64,000 nucleotides of DNA from NCBI GenBank assembly GCA_021613535.1, contig CP075494.1, positions 434,001 to 498,000 on the forward strand, given 5' to 3'. Shown here in pieces: positions 50,594 through 62,509 of the stretch (position 1 is its first letter; each line of letters starts with the position of its first letter). A program made the position numbers and the translations under genes. The notes under the pieces are model-generated. The model saw only the letters and a list, made by a program, of their open reading frames with translations. It was not told the origin of the DNA and made no database searches. This DNA comes from Adineta vaga. Its lineage: Eukaryota > Animalia > Rotifera.

Positions 50594-50607
50594 TGAGGGT
50601 GTGGGTA
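50592..50607. repeat. Half telomere-repeat element at the NHL/piggyBac junction
   Basis: ttgagggtgtgggt. Confidence 0.65.
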
Positions 50608-50609
50608 GT

Positions 50610-51209
50610 ATATTGACAGTTGAATCTGTCCGACAGACACGTCCACAGTTTGAAGTTAGGGACGAGATTGTGAAGGAAAAAAATATTTCTGTCTTTTACA
50701 GTCGGAGGGTCAAGTGAGTCGAAGCGATAAACGTTACTTGTGTTTTATTGCAGGTGAAAAGAGCTAGAAAGCGGTCACCGCTTTGTATTTTTTATGATAT
50801 GATCGACATTGCTGCTGTCAATGCACTTACCGTCTGGAAGACGAAAATGTATCAGCGTCGACTAGTCTTCATCTGTTGAATTTTCGTTTAAAAATCTCGA
50901 CATTTTTGAACAAACATATCCACGATGTATTAGCTATTTGTCGATTATTCTGTGGCGAAGAAGAATCTAATCAGAAAGAAATGAAAACAGTGTTCGATTT
51001 GTGAATTTTCTATAGACAAGAAAACTTCAACTCAATGCAGCAGTAAACTGTTCCGTATTTGTTTGTGCTGCGCATTCTGTTAAGCGTATTTTTTGTATTA
51101 CTTGTTTTAAATAAAAATATCTTACTTTAATGATTTCTTTATAAAGTCTGAGATGAAAACAAATGTTGCTGGTGTAGTGTATAAAAAAGATCGATACTAA
51201 TAGGGTTAA
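50610..51209 (+). mobile_element. piggyBac relic, 3' part only
   Basis: VKRARKRSPLCIFYDMIDIAAVNALTVW; Cys-rich CSIC..KKTSTQCS..FVC..HS; terminus AGGG-TTAA at 51202-51209. Confidence 0.7.
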
Positions 51210-51259
51210 ATAAAGTGTGTGTTTCCATGTAACTGGCTGAATCAAATAGCATGAACAAT

Positions 51260-52213
51260 CTATTTTGACTGTAAAAATAAAGAATCAACTTCATCTTCGT
51301 TCTTGAGGACTAATTTTGTTAACACAGATGAATGATATTCGTTGTCTCCATCGCTTGAAATTCCATGTTTTGGTACTCCGATGTTTTGTGCTGGAACACT
51401 ATCGTCCTTAATGACTAATTCCGCTAGCACAGGTAGATGATCTGACGGATAGTATTCGTTGTTCGAATCGATTAGAATTGCATGTTTCAGTACTCTGATG
51501 TATTGTGAAGTAACAAAGATGTAGTCTATTCGATCGCCTATATTTTCTTCTACCGAGAATGTGGCCCATGTACCATTTGGGCCATCATGAGGAGTTTCTG
51601 TCAGATTTATGGCATCTTGTAGTGAACTGTTCGTAGTGATAGTGTGGTAAGGATCTGTGTCTGGAGCTGTGTTCAAATCACCGGTCAGTATTACCGGAGT
51701 CGAAGAATCAGCTATTTTTTGTATACGAGCCAGCAAAAGACGAGCACTCTCAAGTCGAGCAGTCACTCCAATATGATCAAAATGTGTATTGAAGTAATAT
51801 AGTGATTGGTGGGTTTGCCGATCGCGAAGTTTCACCCAACTGCATATACGCGTTTTGTTTGCATCCCATCCCTTACTACCAGGAATTTCTGGAGTTTCGG
51901 AAAACCAAAATGTTCCTTTGTCGAGTAATTCAAAACGAGTGAAACGATAGAATATAGTATTGAATTCGCCTTGATTATCTCCATCATCACAACCAACACC
52001 GTATTCATCAAATTCAGGTAATGCTTCTTTCAAGTCAGACACTTGTTCAGATAAAGATTCCTGAATTCCTAATAGATCGGATTCATGATCTTGGATGAGA
52101 CTAATTAGACGACTCTTACGAAACTTCCACTGATTTTGATCATCTTCATCCAGATTGAGTCGAATGTTATAGGTCATTACTCGAAAAGACGAATCACAGT
52201 TGTCGATCGACAT
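51260..52213 (-). CDS. Endonuclease/exonuclease/phosphatase (EEP) family protein, bacterial-like
   Basis: MTYNIR, GIQE, GTFWFSETP, NTHFDH, GDLN, RIDYIF, SDHLPV; likely start MSIDNCD at 52213. Confidence 0.9.
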   Translation of the reverse strand: MSIDNCDSSFRVMTYNIRLNLDEDDQNQWKFRKSRLISLIQDHESDLLGIQESLSEQVSDLKEALPEFDEYGVGCDDGDNQGEFNTIFYRFTRFELLDKGTFWFSETPEIPGSKGWDANKTRICSWVKLRDRQTHQSLYYFNTHFDHIGVTARLESARLLLARIQKIADSSTPVILTGDLNTAPDTDPYHTITTNSSLQDAINLTETPHDGPNGTWATFSVEENIGDRIDYIFVTSQYIRVLKHAILIDSNNEYYPSDHLPVLAELVIKDDSVPAQNIGVPKHGISSDGDNEYHSSVLTKLVLKNEDEVDSLFLQSK

Positions 52214-52771
52214 TTTATCCAAACACGATGCACGTAAGTATGAAACAAAATGTGACTTGATATAGTAACCAAAGGATATAATAAAACGATAAGATAAGAA
52301 AAATGCTTCTACAAAAAAAGGTATACTGATGATATATGAATAGATAGATAACATGGTGAAATGAATTGACATTTAGACTGATATGTTTAATTTAATAGTA
52401 GATTTACATTTCATTTATAATTTTATTAAATTTTCTGAGATATTCATATTGATGATGTACTATATGCAATATATAAAATCTTATTTATCACTCAGAGTCA
52501 TGATTATTAGACTATCAACACAATCTACTCGAATAAAATCATTTTTGGAGGAAAATATCCAATTATTACGATCTTTAGTTGATGAACTGCGGTATCGTGT
52601 GTTACGACAAAGTCTAACTATGTGAAATATTATTACAGTTCTGCCTATATGTAGGTTTGTACGTCAGAACGCATGAGAATACTATTCGGTAGACTTATCT
52701 TGATTCCGTCAGTCGAAAAAACAGATTTGTGTATATTATTATAAATGATCATCTCAACAAAATCTGACTAA

Positions 52772-52985
52772 TACTCAGAGAGACAAAATCGATAAAAAAA
52801 CGACGTTCTTATGTTAGTTTTTGCCAACAAAATATACTTTTGTATGCGTATAAACGACGTTTGCACGTGTACAAAAATGTATTTTTTCACGTGGTAAATA
52901 TATGTTCTGTTGAAAAAATAAAAAAAGAACGTCGTTTTTTCTCACGAAACGCGTTTTTTTTCTATTGATTCTGTCTGCCTGAGTA
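52772..52985. mobile_element. Palindromic MITE flanked by TA
   Basis: tactcagagagacaaaatcgata matches the reverse complement of tattgattctgtctgcctgagta; internal aaaaaacgacgttctt / aagaacgtcgtttttt. Confidence 0.65.
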
Positions 52986-54071
52986 TCTTTAAGATGTATT
53001 CATGTCTATTTTAAGTCAATATAATATTAGATTAATCTAACGTCTATTTGAATTTAGTTTAATCATTTGTCAATAGAAAAAAGAAATTGAATTTCACTTC
53101 AATCAGAAATCTCTTTTTTTAAATTTAACTATTATTATATGGATAGAAATTGTTGTGCTATATCATTATAACAAAATCACATAAAAAATCTGACAATATT
53201 ACTAACACAAAATTATTTCGAACAATTATATCTTCGTACATAACATAATGAAAAGCTCGCGGTTTGTAATAGAAATTTCGCGAAATATAATACCGTAATC
53301 TATGTCTTATCAAGCTTTTTTTTGAAACCGCGATATTTAACGGTGTGAACATCGTGTTTCGTTCGAGTGTACCGCGCTAAATCGATGTTGCGGTACAAAA
53401 CACCGCTGTCAACTGCGGTTTATTTTGTACACCGTGATCTTTCAAGACATAACCGCAACCATTATGAAAAAACTACGTCTGTCAGCGGTATCGCATTAAA
53501 TATTTTTCCGTGGGTAAGAAAAGTATTAGCACGTTTATCAGATTCTTATTGTGCAGATATTAACTTTTCCTTTTGGTATACGATCTCTGAAGTGCGCTGA
53601 TATGAACTCTTTAATTATGAGTAAGGATCAAATCTAACAACGCTAGCTGGGCTTTGAAAATTTTCTTATTTCTTTTCGACATAAAATAGGAAAAACAGGA
53701 AAAGCGAGCGCTATATGGGACAAATTATAGGATCTTTTAAAAATATAGGATTTATAGGAAATATAGGTCAAATCCCATCACTACTAATGATGGGAGTCTT
53801 TTATTTTCTTACAAAAAAATAAAAAAATGGGACACTAGTTTTTTTTTGAAAATGTTATTTTATGTGTGTTGTTCGTGAGAATAAAGGTGAATGCGTCATT
53901 ATATTTGTATGTAAAATCTAGCATCAAGAAATAAGAGTGTGACAGTTTCTTGAGTGTTAGAAATAATATTACTTATCTCTTCTTATTTATTTTAGAGAAT
54001 AGATAAATATAAAATAGTATCAAGCCGGAGTTCGATAATTTTTTCAGTTTATATCTCTTGTGAAATATCAT

Positions 54072-55150
54072 ATGGATAACAATCAGAATGAAAGTGAGCT
54101 TCTCGTTAAAAACAACTATTTACAAAAATTGTGGCGCCATCGGCGAGTTAAAATCATTTGTATAGCTTGTATTATTATAGCAGTTTTTGTAGTAATGATT
54201 TCTCTGTTATTAAAATTCGTTGTTTTTGCACCGATCAAGCCAGTAAGCTCTACCACAATCACAACAACAACGACAATAATATCGACTTCAACAACATCGA
54301 GTTCAATATCAACAATGACGACGACAACAACAACTACTACGACCACCACTCAACAATCACGTAAGATTTAAAGAAAACCTATGTTTAACCAAGTATATTT
54401 AATTATGATTAGTTATATCTCACGGTAATCTCTATACCTAGATAAATGTTATATTTTAAACTGAAAAGATGTTTGTCTTACAGAATCTAAAAAAATTTCG
54501 TTGATTATTATATACGCTTGAGGATCATATAATATTCATAAGATTAACAAAATCAATATATTTTCAAGCACTTTTTTCTAGAATGGTCTAATACTGGTAA
54601 TATGAACAGTCCACGAAGTGAACATACAGCATCGGTTTTAGCAAATGGAAAAGTATTAGTGACGGGTGGATATAATTATAATCGTTCTTTAAATAGTGCT
54701 GAAGTGTATGATCCATTGACAGAAACATGGACAATTACTGGTAATATGCATACCGCACGATACGGACACACATCATCCATCTTAACAGATGGAAAAGTAC
54801 TAGTTACTGGTGGAGCTAGAAATGATATGTCACCGAAAAGTACTGAATTGTATGATCCAGTAACAGGAACATGGTCTATTGTTGGTAACATGAATAAGGA
54901 ACGAGTTGGTCATGCAGCTGTTGTATTATTAAATGGAAAAGTGCTAGTTACTGGTGGATCAGGTGAACGTGATTCTGAACGTAGTGCTGAGTTATTTGAT
55001 CCATTAACAGGTAATTGGACATTTACTAGTGAGATGCATTTTGAACGAGTCAGTCATACAGCATCTGTTTTAACAAATGGAAAAGTATTAGTTACTGGTG
55101 GAGAGTATAATGATATGTATATAAATGATGCTGAATTGTATGCTCTATAG
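54072..55150 (+). CDS. Type II membrane Kelch-repeat protein with Thr-rich stalk, two exons
   Basis: TM segment and poly-Thr exon ending TTQQS|gtaag at 54361; Kelch exon of about 54583-55150. Confidence 0.85.
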
Positions 55151-56034
55151 TAACGGAAATTTGAGAGGTTATGAACGTGAATTCCATTTAATTTTAAAGA
55201 TTATTATTTAACGTAAATATGTGCATTTGATTACATATTGCAATAAATATTTGATTATAATAGAAATATCGTCAGATCAATGTATAATTAATATTACCTA
55301 GACTGTAAGGAGAGGGCCTAGAAATCAAAATTATCGGTCACATCGCAAAAATAAACACTTTTTTGATACAAATTCATAATGTAACTAAGGTAAACGTGAC
55401 GCTCATCCTTTATGATCAATTATTTGATGTAAACAAATAATAATGTTGTTAAAAGAGCAATGATTATTCTGATGTTGCTTAAATATTTGAGAATAATACA
55501 TAAATAGTAGCAATTCGACTACCCTTAAACTGATTATTTGTACGAAAAAACGTATTCTACAATGAATGGATTATTAATTTGTGTCATATTTGTCGTAGAT
55601 TTGTTAGTCAATACAGAATTTCGTGGTAGCATGATTTTATTAAACGATCAAAGATAAACTGACCGATAAAACCAAATAATTTATTTGTACAAACAAAATC
55701 TTTATCCGTTATTCACTATTCTTATTAGTCAGAGATTACAGTCTATAAGATTGGGTATTGATTTCAATAGCAATTTTATCATGAAAAGAATATGATTTCT
55801 CATCATGATTCAGTGAAATGTATCAAGTAGAATTCAATTTGAAAGATTAGTTGATGTAGAAGAGATATGTGTTAATTTGTGAGGAAAATGTCAGTTTTTT
55901 GTTAAAGATTTTATTCCCAACACTTCAGGCGAGTATAGAATGTTTCTTTGGCATCATGTATTGATGGAAATTTTAATGTTAAAGATTGTAAATGAATTAC
56001 AAAATAATTCTATTTAGATATTTTATTTATTTGC

Positions 56035-56103
56035 CGAGGTCTATCAGGGTCTACTAGACTCTTAACCATTCACCCACTTTGCACTCTCACCCACACCCTG
56101 AAG
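56035..56103. repeat. Degenerate telomere-repeat palindrome
   Basis: cgagg...agggt...cttaaccattcacccactttgcactctcacccacaccctgaag. Confidence 0.65.
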
Positions 56104-56352
56104 AACCTAATAAACCCTGCTAAACAAATAGTATATAAATGGAATTATATATAATTATACATATACGATACATATACTATATGAAATATAGAAATTTTGA
56201 ATTATTGTGTAACTCATTTACGGCCTTCAGTGGCTAAAATGCATCTAAACGCGCTTTCATTGCTGAAGTATAGACGAATTTTTGATACAAGAAATATTTA
56301 CATGAGTTAGATTCGTTTCGCTTGAATAAATCATTGAATAACATAAACACAT

Positions 56353-56814
56353 GTGTCATACTTAGCTAATAACATTACTTCGTTTTTTCTACTAACAAGA
56401 GTAAAAAAAACGATATTTATTTTTCATCAATTAATACCATTTATTGTATATGTTTATACTTTTATTATGACTATTCGATCATTACCTAAAAGTAAATCAG
56501 TTGTTCGAGAACAATTATTTCTCATTGTATTTTGGATACCAATTAAAAAATGTAAAAAACAAATTCTTTGTCCTTTTCTAATGATTATTACAACATTACC
56601 TCAATTAATTATTGTCTGTGTTGTTGATTGTGATCAATGCTATAACATGTGGCTTCGTTATCTTATAAATTCCATATATCTTATTGCTCATACTCCTGAA
56701 TTATTGACATTTTCTCTATTTATTTATCCATCAACTGTTTATAAAAATGCGTTTTATAAGACATTCATTGGACAATTATTATTGATTTTATTGAAAAGAT
56801 GTTGTTGTCGATGA
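56353..56814 (+). pseudogene. C-terminal (TM5-7) fragment of a GPCR
   Basis: HQLIPFIV, LPQLII, FSLFIYPSTVYK; no N-terminal half seen. Confidence 0.6.
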
Positions 56815-56844
56815 AAGGATAACTTTAATGGTTATCTAAGTAAC

Positions 56845-56900
56845 TCGAGGGTGTGGGTGTGGGCGTATGATCGATGCAGTACCCACACGCACACCCATCG
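56845..56900. repeat. Telomere-repeat palindrome between convergent GPCR sequences
   Basis: ctcgagggtgtgggtgtgggcgta...tacccacacgcacacccatcg. Confidence 0.92.
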
Positions 56901-56911
56901 TCTGTGGATGT

Positions 56912-57962
56912 TTAAAATAAAGGAACACTACCAGTTCCTCGAACGAAGGGCATCACTTGATTTATTTGCCTATGATGAACGATCCTTTGAATAGCAACAA
57001 CCAATTGAGTTCGGAATCGTTTTGATAAACAGTAACAATAAAAAGAACTCTAAATAAAGAGAAGAACAATCATGATTTTAACCAATGAGAAAAAGATCTT
57101 TTACTGCATATGGACCATAGCCATAAATCGCAAAAAAAGAATTAACCAGTTGTTCTTGTGCTCGTTGATAAGCACTTTTCACTGAATTAGCTGTACTAAT
57201 AAAGTATATTTGTCCAGCTGTATAAGGACCATTGAATATTAATACAGCGAATATTTGAAATAAGGCCATCATAATCATTTGTTGAATAAGAGCTGTGAGT
57301 GAACGTTTAACAGCGGTTATTCTCATATGTTTGACAGTGAGAAATCCAAAAATTGAGATTATAACAATAGGAATAGATGTATAAACACCAAGATAAATAA
57401 AATAACTACGATATTGTGCAAATATTGTATTTGTTGTTACACATGCAGGTGTACCGCCTGTGATAACAAGATCTTGTAAGAAGTAATAAGGTAACTCATG
57501 AATAAACCAAAAGCAGATAGTACCGATTACTAAGTATCTTGCAATTCGAATATTACTCCTCTGTCGTAAAACAACAGATGGTGAGGAACAAATAAAGGCA
57601 TCAATTGATTGTAAACAAAGTAAAGTGTATGTACTTTGAGTATTAATATCGAGAAAACCTGAACGTACTTTGCACCAACCTCGATTCATCACTGCAAGAT
57701 CAAGTGAAAACCCTGTACTAAGAATTCGAGTGACAAGTCCAACAAGTAATACATTGAGATCAAGAAAGCATCGAACAAGCATATAGAATGAACTTGCATT
57801 ATTATTATAATATCCATTCATGAAAAAGATAATCATATTGAAAATATTGCCAATAACACCACTAAGCAATAGAATAAAACCAAAGATAAGACATACATAT
57901 CGAGAACTTTGTTGTAATTGAAAAATTTCGAAACCAACTTTAGTATTGTTATTCGATGACAT
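56912..57962 (-). CDS. Class A-like GPCR, two exons
   Basis: GVIGNIFN, WCKVR, LQSIDAF; intron after GPYA; last exon SSFYCYCLSKRFRTQL ending TAA at 56912-56914. Confidence 0.85.
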
Positions 57963-58400
57963 ATGAACGTAATTTTTCTTAGCTGCTTTTTATTAATAAT
58001 GAAGATCCGTGGAATAAAAAAAGCTCTGTTCTTTTATTAAAATACATTTTCTAATTGAATTTATGACAAGAAAAGAATAGTTCAGAAGCTCTAAATATTC
58101 AGTAGCAAGAATAGTAGCATCCATATTTTCAATGCATGCATAAAAAAATGATAAGACTAGAGAGATGCTTTATTAACCCAATTTTACCACATATGGAACA
58201 AAATGCAATAAAATAAAAAGATAGAAAATAGTTTTTAAATAGAAGATAATGTGTTTGATTATCACCTTTAAGCAAAAGTTATATGATTTCAAAAGCTCCT
58301 ATTTATTATGCATATTTCAATAAAGAATAAAAACTTTTTTTTTCTGTCCCTATAGTTTTTAAGGTACTAATTCGATTTATCTCTTATCTTTATCATGCAT

Positions 58401-58455
58401 TTTGAGGGTGTGGGTATATCTTCTTCACTCTTATCTACGCCACACTCACATCCTG
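58401..58455. repeat. Telomere-repeat palindrome (spacer type A)
   Basis: tttgagggtgtgggtatatcttcttcactcttatctacgccacactcacatcc. Confidence 0.88.
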
Positions 58456-59007
58456 CCATTTAATTAGTAAGAGTATTAATTCGTTTTTTTATTCACATAC
58501 TTTCTCACAATGATAAATATGATTCAAACGTACTCTAACGATATTCCACGATCAAAACGACATTTTCAAGGTTAAAAAAACTTCTGAACTCAGTCGGAAA
58601 TGAAATAGTGATAAGATGCATTGACTTGTTCATAAAATAAAATATTTCATGATTTGTTTTTCAACATCGAGATGAGAAATAAGAAGGGAAAGTCTCTTGC
58701 TTTGTTATGTTCGAACATTTCCGTTTAGTAAAAGTAATTCATCTGTTTCGAACGTTCATTGATAATCAATCTAACAAAGATTTATTTATTCTTCTTATTT
58801 TTTGCCTTTCTTTCCGTTTTTTATGTTTCATTATGCATTCAGAATGCTAGATGTATTTTTCCCTTTTCAGATCGTCATTGTCTGGAGGAATAGAATTTTG
58901 TCAATGTCTATCAATACAATTCAACGCCATTGAAAGTCACACAAGCAAACCGTCCACCAATAACTAATATCTTTCCATTTAATAATCTAGATGCTGTATG
59001 ATAACCT

Positions 59008-59072
59008 CTGTGGGTGTGGGTGAGGGTGTAAATCAAACATACGAGAATACTAACTGATACATACACCCTCAA
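59008..59072. repeat. Telomere-repeat palindrome
   Basis: tgtgggtgtgggtgagggtgta...tacatacaccctcaa. Confidence 0.85.
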
Positions 59073-59366
59073 TATGCTCCTTTAGTAACCATTTCAGAAG
59101 CAAAAGAAGAACATCTATGGCATCCGGGCGCGCCTCTCTTAAAAATTCACAATTATTTCTCCCTTCTTTCGAGCTACTGGGTTTTATCCCACTATGGGTA
59201 TGAGGACGTAGTGAATATGAAGGAAGAAGTCCACGGTGCAAATGAAAACGAGAGTTGGTAAGAAGAAGAAGAAGGAAACACCTAATGTGCGTCTCTAAGC
59301 AAATATAATTTTCTTTTCATGTGTAGTTTTCCTTACTGGGTGAGGAAACTATAGAGTTACAAGAGT

Positions 59367-59376
59367 TATATAAAAG
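59367..59376 (+). promoter_or_regulatory. Probable TATA box
   Basis: tatataaaag about 70 bp upstream of ATG 59445. Confidence 0.5.
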
Positions 59377-59444
59377 CCGCCATCAATGACGAACACATTC
59401 ACTTACGTTTCATTCCAACATCGTGATCATCAAATAACAAAATC

Positions 59445-59885
59445 ATGCAGGTAATGGTACTTTTTCTTTTTGTAGCAATTGTTATCGGTTCAACTCAATC
59501 TCAAACATGGGCTGGCACTTACACGCCTGATTCATCATGTGACACATCAACTTGCTGTTGCTTGAGTGGACAAGCAATAGTAACAAGTTCATCGGCAAAT
59601 AGTTACACTGTTCAGTCTGGTGCGAGTGGTGTATGTGGTGGTGCTGTGACATTCACAGGCAATCTCTATACAAGTGGCTATACGGGTTGGATGATGGTAG
59701 CCACTGATAATGATACAGTAACACTTAGCTCTGATAGCCACATAGTCACAGTCACCAATCCAAGTAGATCGGCATGTAATGGCCAAGGAATCAAAAATGG
59801 AAGCCCGACACAACATGTTAACATCATCACGTACGTTATTGGCTATGTTTTGGTGGGTATGGTGATCAATACCTTAATCGCCTGA
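59445..59885 (+). CDS. Small secreted cysteine-rich protein with hydrophobic C-terminus (membrane or GPI anchor)
   Basis: Signal peptide, WAGTY..CDTSTCCCLSG, hydrophobic tail; AATAAA near 59946. Confidence 0.8.
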   Translation: MQVMVLFLFVAIVIGSTQSQTWAGTYTPDSSCDTSTCCCLSGQAIVTSSSANSYTVQSGASGVCGGAVTFTGNLYTSGYTGWMMVATDNDTVTLSSDSHIVTVTNPSRSACNGQGIKNGSPTQHVNIITYVIGYVLVGMVINTLIA

Positions 59886-60052
59886 AACATTTCGATTCTC
59901 TAAACTATTTCACACATTGATCATTTACTAGTTTGCTTAATCAAGAATAAATTATTTATATCATTGATCAAAATGCATTTTAAAACGAGCTTCAATACCA
60001 AAGTAAAATCTGTTTAAAACTGTTCTAAGAGAGATGCTCGCTTTTTATGAAA

Positions 60053-60110
60053 TCTTGAGGGTGTGGGTGTGGGTATATCTTCTTCACTCTCATCCACACC
60101 CACACCCAAG
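60053..60110. repeat. Telomere-repeat palindrome (spacer type A)
   Basis: tcttgagggtgtgggtgtgggtatatcttcttcactctcatccacacccacacccaag. Confidence 0.92.
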
Positions 60111-60574
60111 CCTAAATATCTTTTTTCCCAGTCAAAAGAACATAAGCTAAAAACTAAGTTCAATCATCGGCCATTTTCTGTGAACAATAGAATGACAAGG
60201 ATGGCTACGTTTTCAACTGATTTTTCTCATAGACTCACAAGTCATGAAGAAAGCAGAAAGGAGTTTTGAAAGAGGGTCATACCTCAACGTCTACCATTGA
60301 TTCACCAGAGCCATCTAATGACTTGTAGTCGTTGGAAGACATTTGAGTTCGATCAATTTTGCATTAATACAAATCCTAACCCTTTTCATTTCTACCTTCA
60401 ATTGTTTGAAACATGCATATCATATTTGTAATGATGTTGCTATAAGTATGGAAAGGGAAACGATCCTTTACTTATTGTTTATTTCTTTGTTTTTCACAAA
60501 AAGATCTTTACTATTCTTCTAATAAAAAACATAACTCGTAATACAAAAATGAATTTAACTAATTTTGTCGATAT

Positions 60575-61390
60575 TTATCCAATCATTGATTCTGTAGCTA
60601 CAATACGAATCCGATCAAATCTTTCATGTAGTCTAGAATGAATTGTCGCAAAGAGTGAGGAAATTTGTCGTATGTGATTAACTTCAGGAATCATTTCATT
60701 TTTTCTGACCAAAATATTTAATCGACATTGAAAGCATTTGAGATGAGGTGTACGTTCAGTTAACATATGAAATAATCGAAAAAAATCAATTGGTGATAAA
60801 GAATGTGTACATCGAACGGCTAGATCAGTTAAGACAGGTGTAAAACATAAGACTTTTTCCAGATCATTAATAACATCATAATATTCATCGAATACGATAT
60901 TAAAATAACGTAATGTCATATGTTGGAACGAAAATAGGTGGAGTTAGGTGAAATATAGTTGTAGTAAATCGACGTAGAGTTGGAAGTACTTTGAATAAAT
61001 CAGGCCAATGTTATAATTCACCTAAAATATATTCAAAAACAATAACTTACATAATCCAATAAAAAGTGAATAGAGATATTTATTTTCCACAACGTAATGT
61101 TTGAGACGATGAAGATCAGCACCATTTTGACGAACAGAACGAAGTTATGTAAAACGATTTGATAAGAGTAAACGATAGAAATCATCGATATGATCATATT
61201 TTAATGGAGTAACATATTTGATTGAAAGCATTCTTAGATCAGGTAAATAATCTGGATGAATAGCCCTAGAGTACATTAACAAACAAATATATTCTACTCT
61301 TTTAACATATCATTTTCTATTAAATCTGATTCAATTCAGTAATTTATAAAAATAATATTGCATATAAATCGAATACTTACATCAATTGAA
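60575..61390 (-). pseudogene. Degraded F-box/LRR-type gene, 3' part
   Basis: LEKVLCFTPVLTDL..PHLKCFQC leucine-repeat pattern, with frameshifted upstream fragments. Confidence 0.45.
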
Positions 61391-61699
61391 GGAAGACTGG
61401 TCGAAAAAAAATGCGGAAACTTCGGATTTTATCCGAGAGTTATGTGTACTGGAAAAAGTGTATGGGAGAGATGGGTCATTCTAGAATGTCTACGCATCAA
61501 AATTACCACGAGAAATTTTTCGATGAGCAAGATTTTTCATGTTGAGTTATGAATGCATTTTTATATTGGAATCTATCGGAATAACGGTCATATGCAACCT
61601 CATGAATCTATAAAAGATCTATGACAGATACACATATCAGCATTTTCATAATAGATCATCAATATCAATAGGTTTGGAGATCAGGTTTTTCTCTTTTGA

Positions 61700-62192
61700 T
61701 AGTCGTTCCGACTAGCTACAAAACCAAGCATTTGGGAAACTCCCAAACTACAGATCATATGAAACATATTTAGGCAATTCGGTGTTAAAATACAGTTTTT
61801 GCGCATTTTGAGACCTTTTTTAAGCATTTTTCATTAGTAAACTACGATTTGACTGAAGCCCAATATCAGATTCGAAATCAGCGTTACAAACTAAGTCGAT
61901 TCATACATGTTTTAAATAATTTTGAGAGAAAATGTTTTTTCAAAAAAACCCTGTATCCACCCTCAGGGATGGTCTGGTCAAAAATGACAATTTTTTCGAT
62001 AACTCAGCCATTTGTTGAGAGATCATTCTCATCTTCGAACTCGACCGAGATATTAATGAGACAATTCTGTGCACAAAGTTTCAGCTCAATCGAATGTAGT
62101 TGTGAAGAGTTATCGTGTAAACGGCCGGACGGACGGACATACAGATCGATTATAGTAGTGTACTCACTTTTTGAGTACACAACAAGTATATT
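61700..62192 (+). mobile_element. Helentron/HINE (DINE-1-like) element end; 5' limit uncertain
   Basis: (GGAC)n microsatellite followed by the 9-bp stem hairpin GTGTACTCA-ctttt-TGAGTACAC at 62158-62180. Confidence 0.5.
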
Positions 62193-62203
62193 GATTGAAT
62201 ATA

Positions 62204-62340
62204 TCGAAAGGGTGTGGGTGAGGGTGTGGGTGTGGGTGGTTGTGGTTGAGGCTGTGGAAGGATGCAAGCCAGTATCTCTATTCACCCAAACCCTCACCCA
62301 CGCCTGCACCTTCATCCACACCCACACCCACACTCTAAAC
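62204..62340. repeat. Longest telomere-repeat palindrome (spacer type C)
   Basis: tcgaaagggtgtgggtgagggtgtgggtgtggg...gatgcaagccagtatctctattcacc...ccacacccacacccacactc. Confidence 0.92.
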
Positions 62341-62509
62341 GCGTAGTCCCATCAGCGCATGCATCTCCTCCATCAAAAATCGTCACACTAACGAAAATAA
62401 CTCCAAAATAAAATCACACAAACAGATAAAAATGAAAATGATTCATACTGTATGTTTCGGTTCTGCGTCACTCTCAATCACACATTGTGAGAATGAATGA
62501 AAGTAGACG

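Noticed and set aside
53680-53785. Repeated ATAGGA units ending in CCCATCACTA, a possible transposon end
   Set aside because: No matching second terminus was found.
61849-62346. ORFs 61849-62346 and 62004-62333, plus similar small ORFs at 5369, 9628, 13424 and 60063
   Set aside because: Their VWVWV, THTHT and PTPTP stretches are translations of the repeat arms, not proteins.
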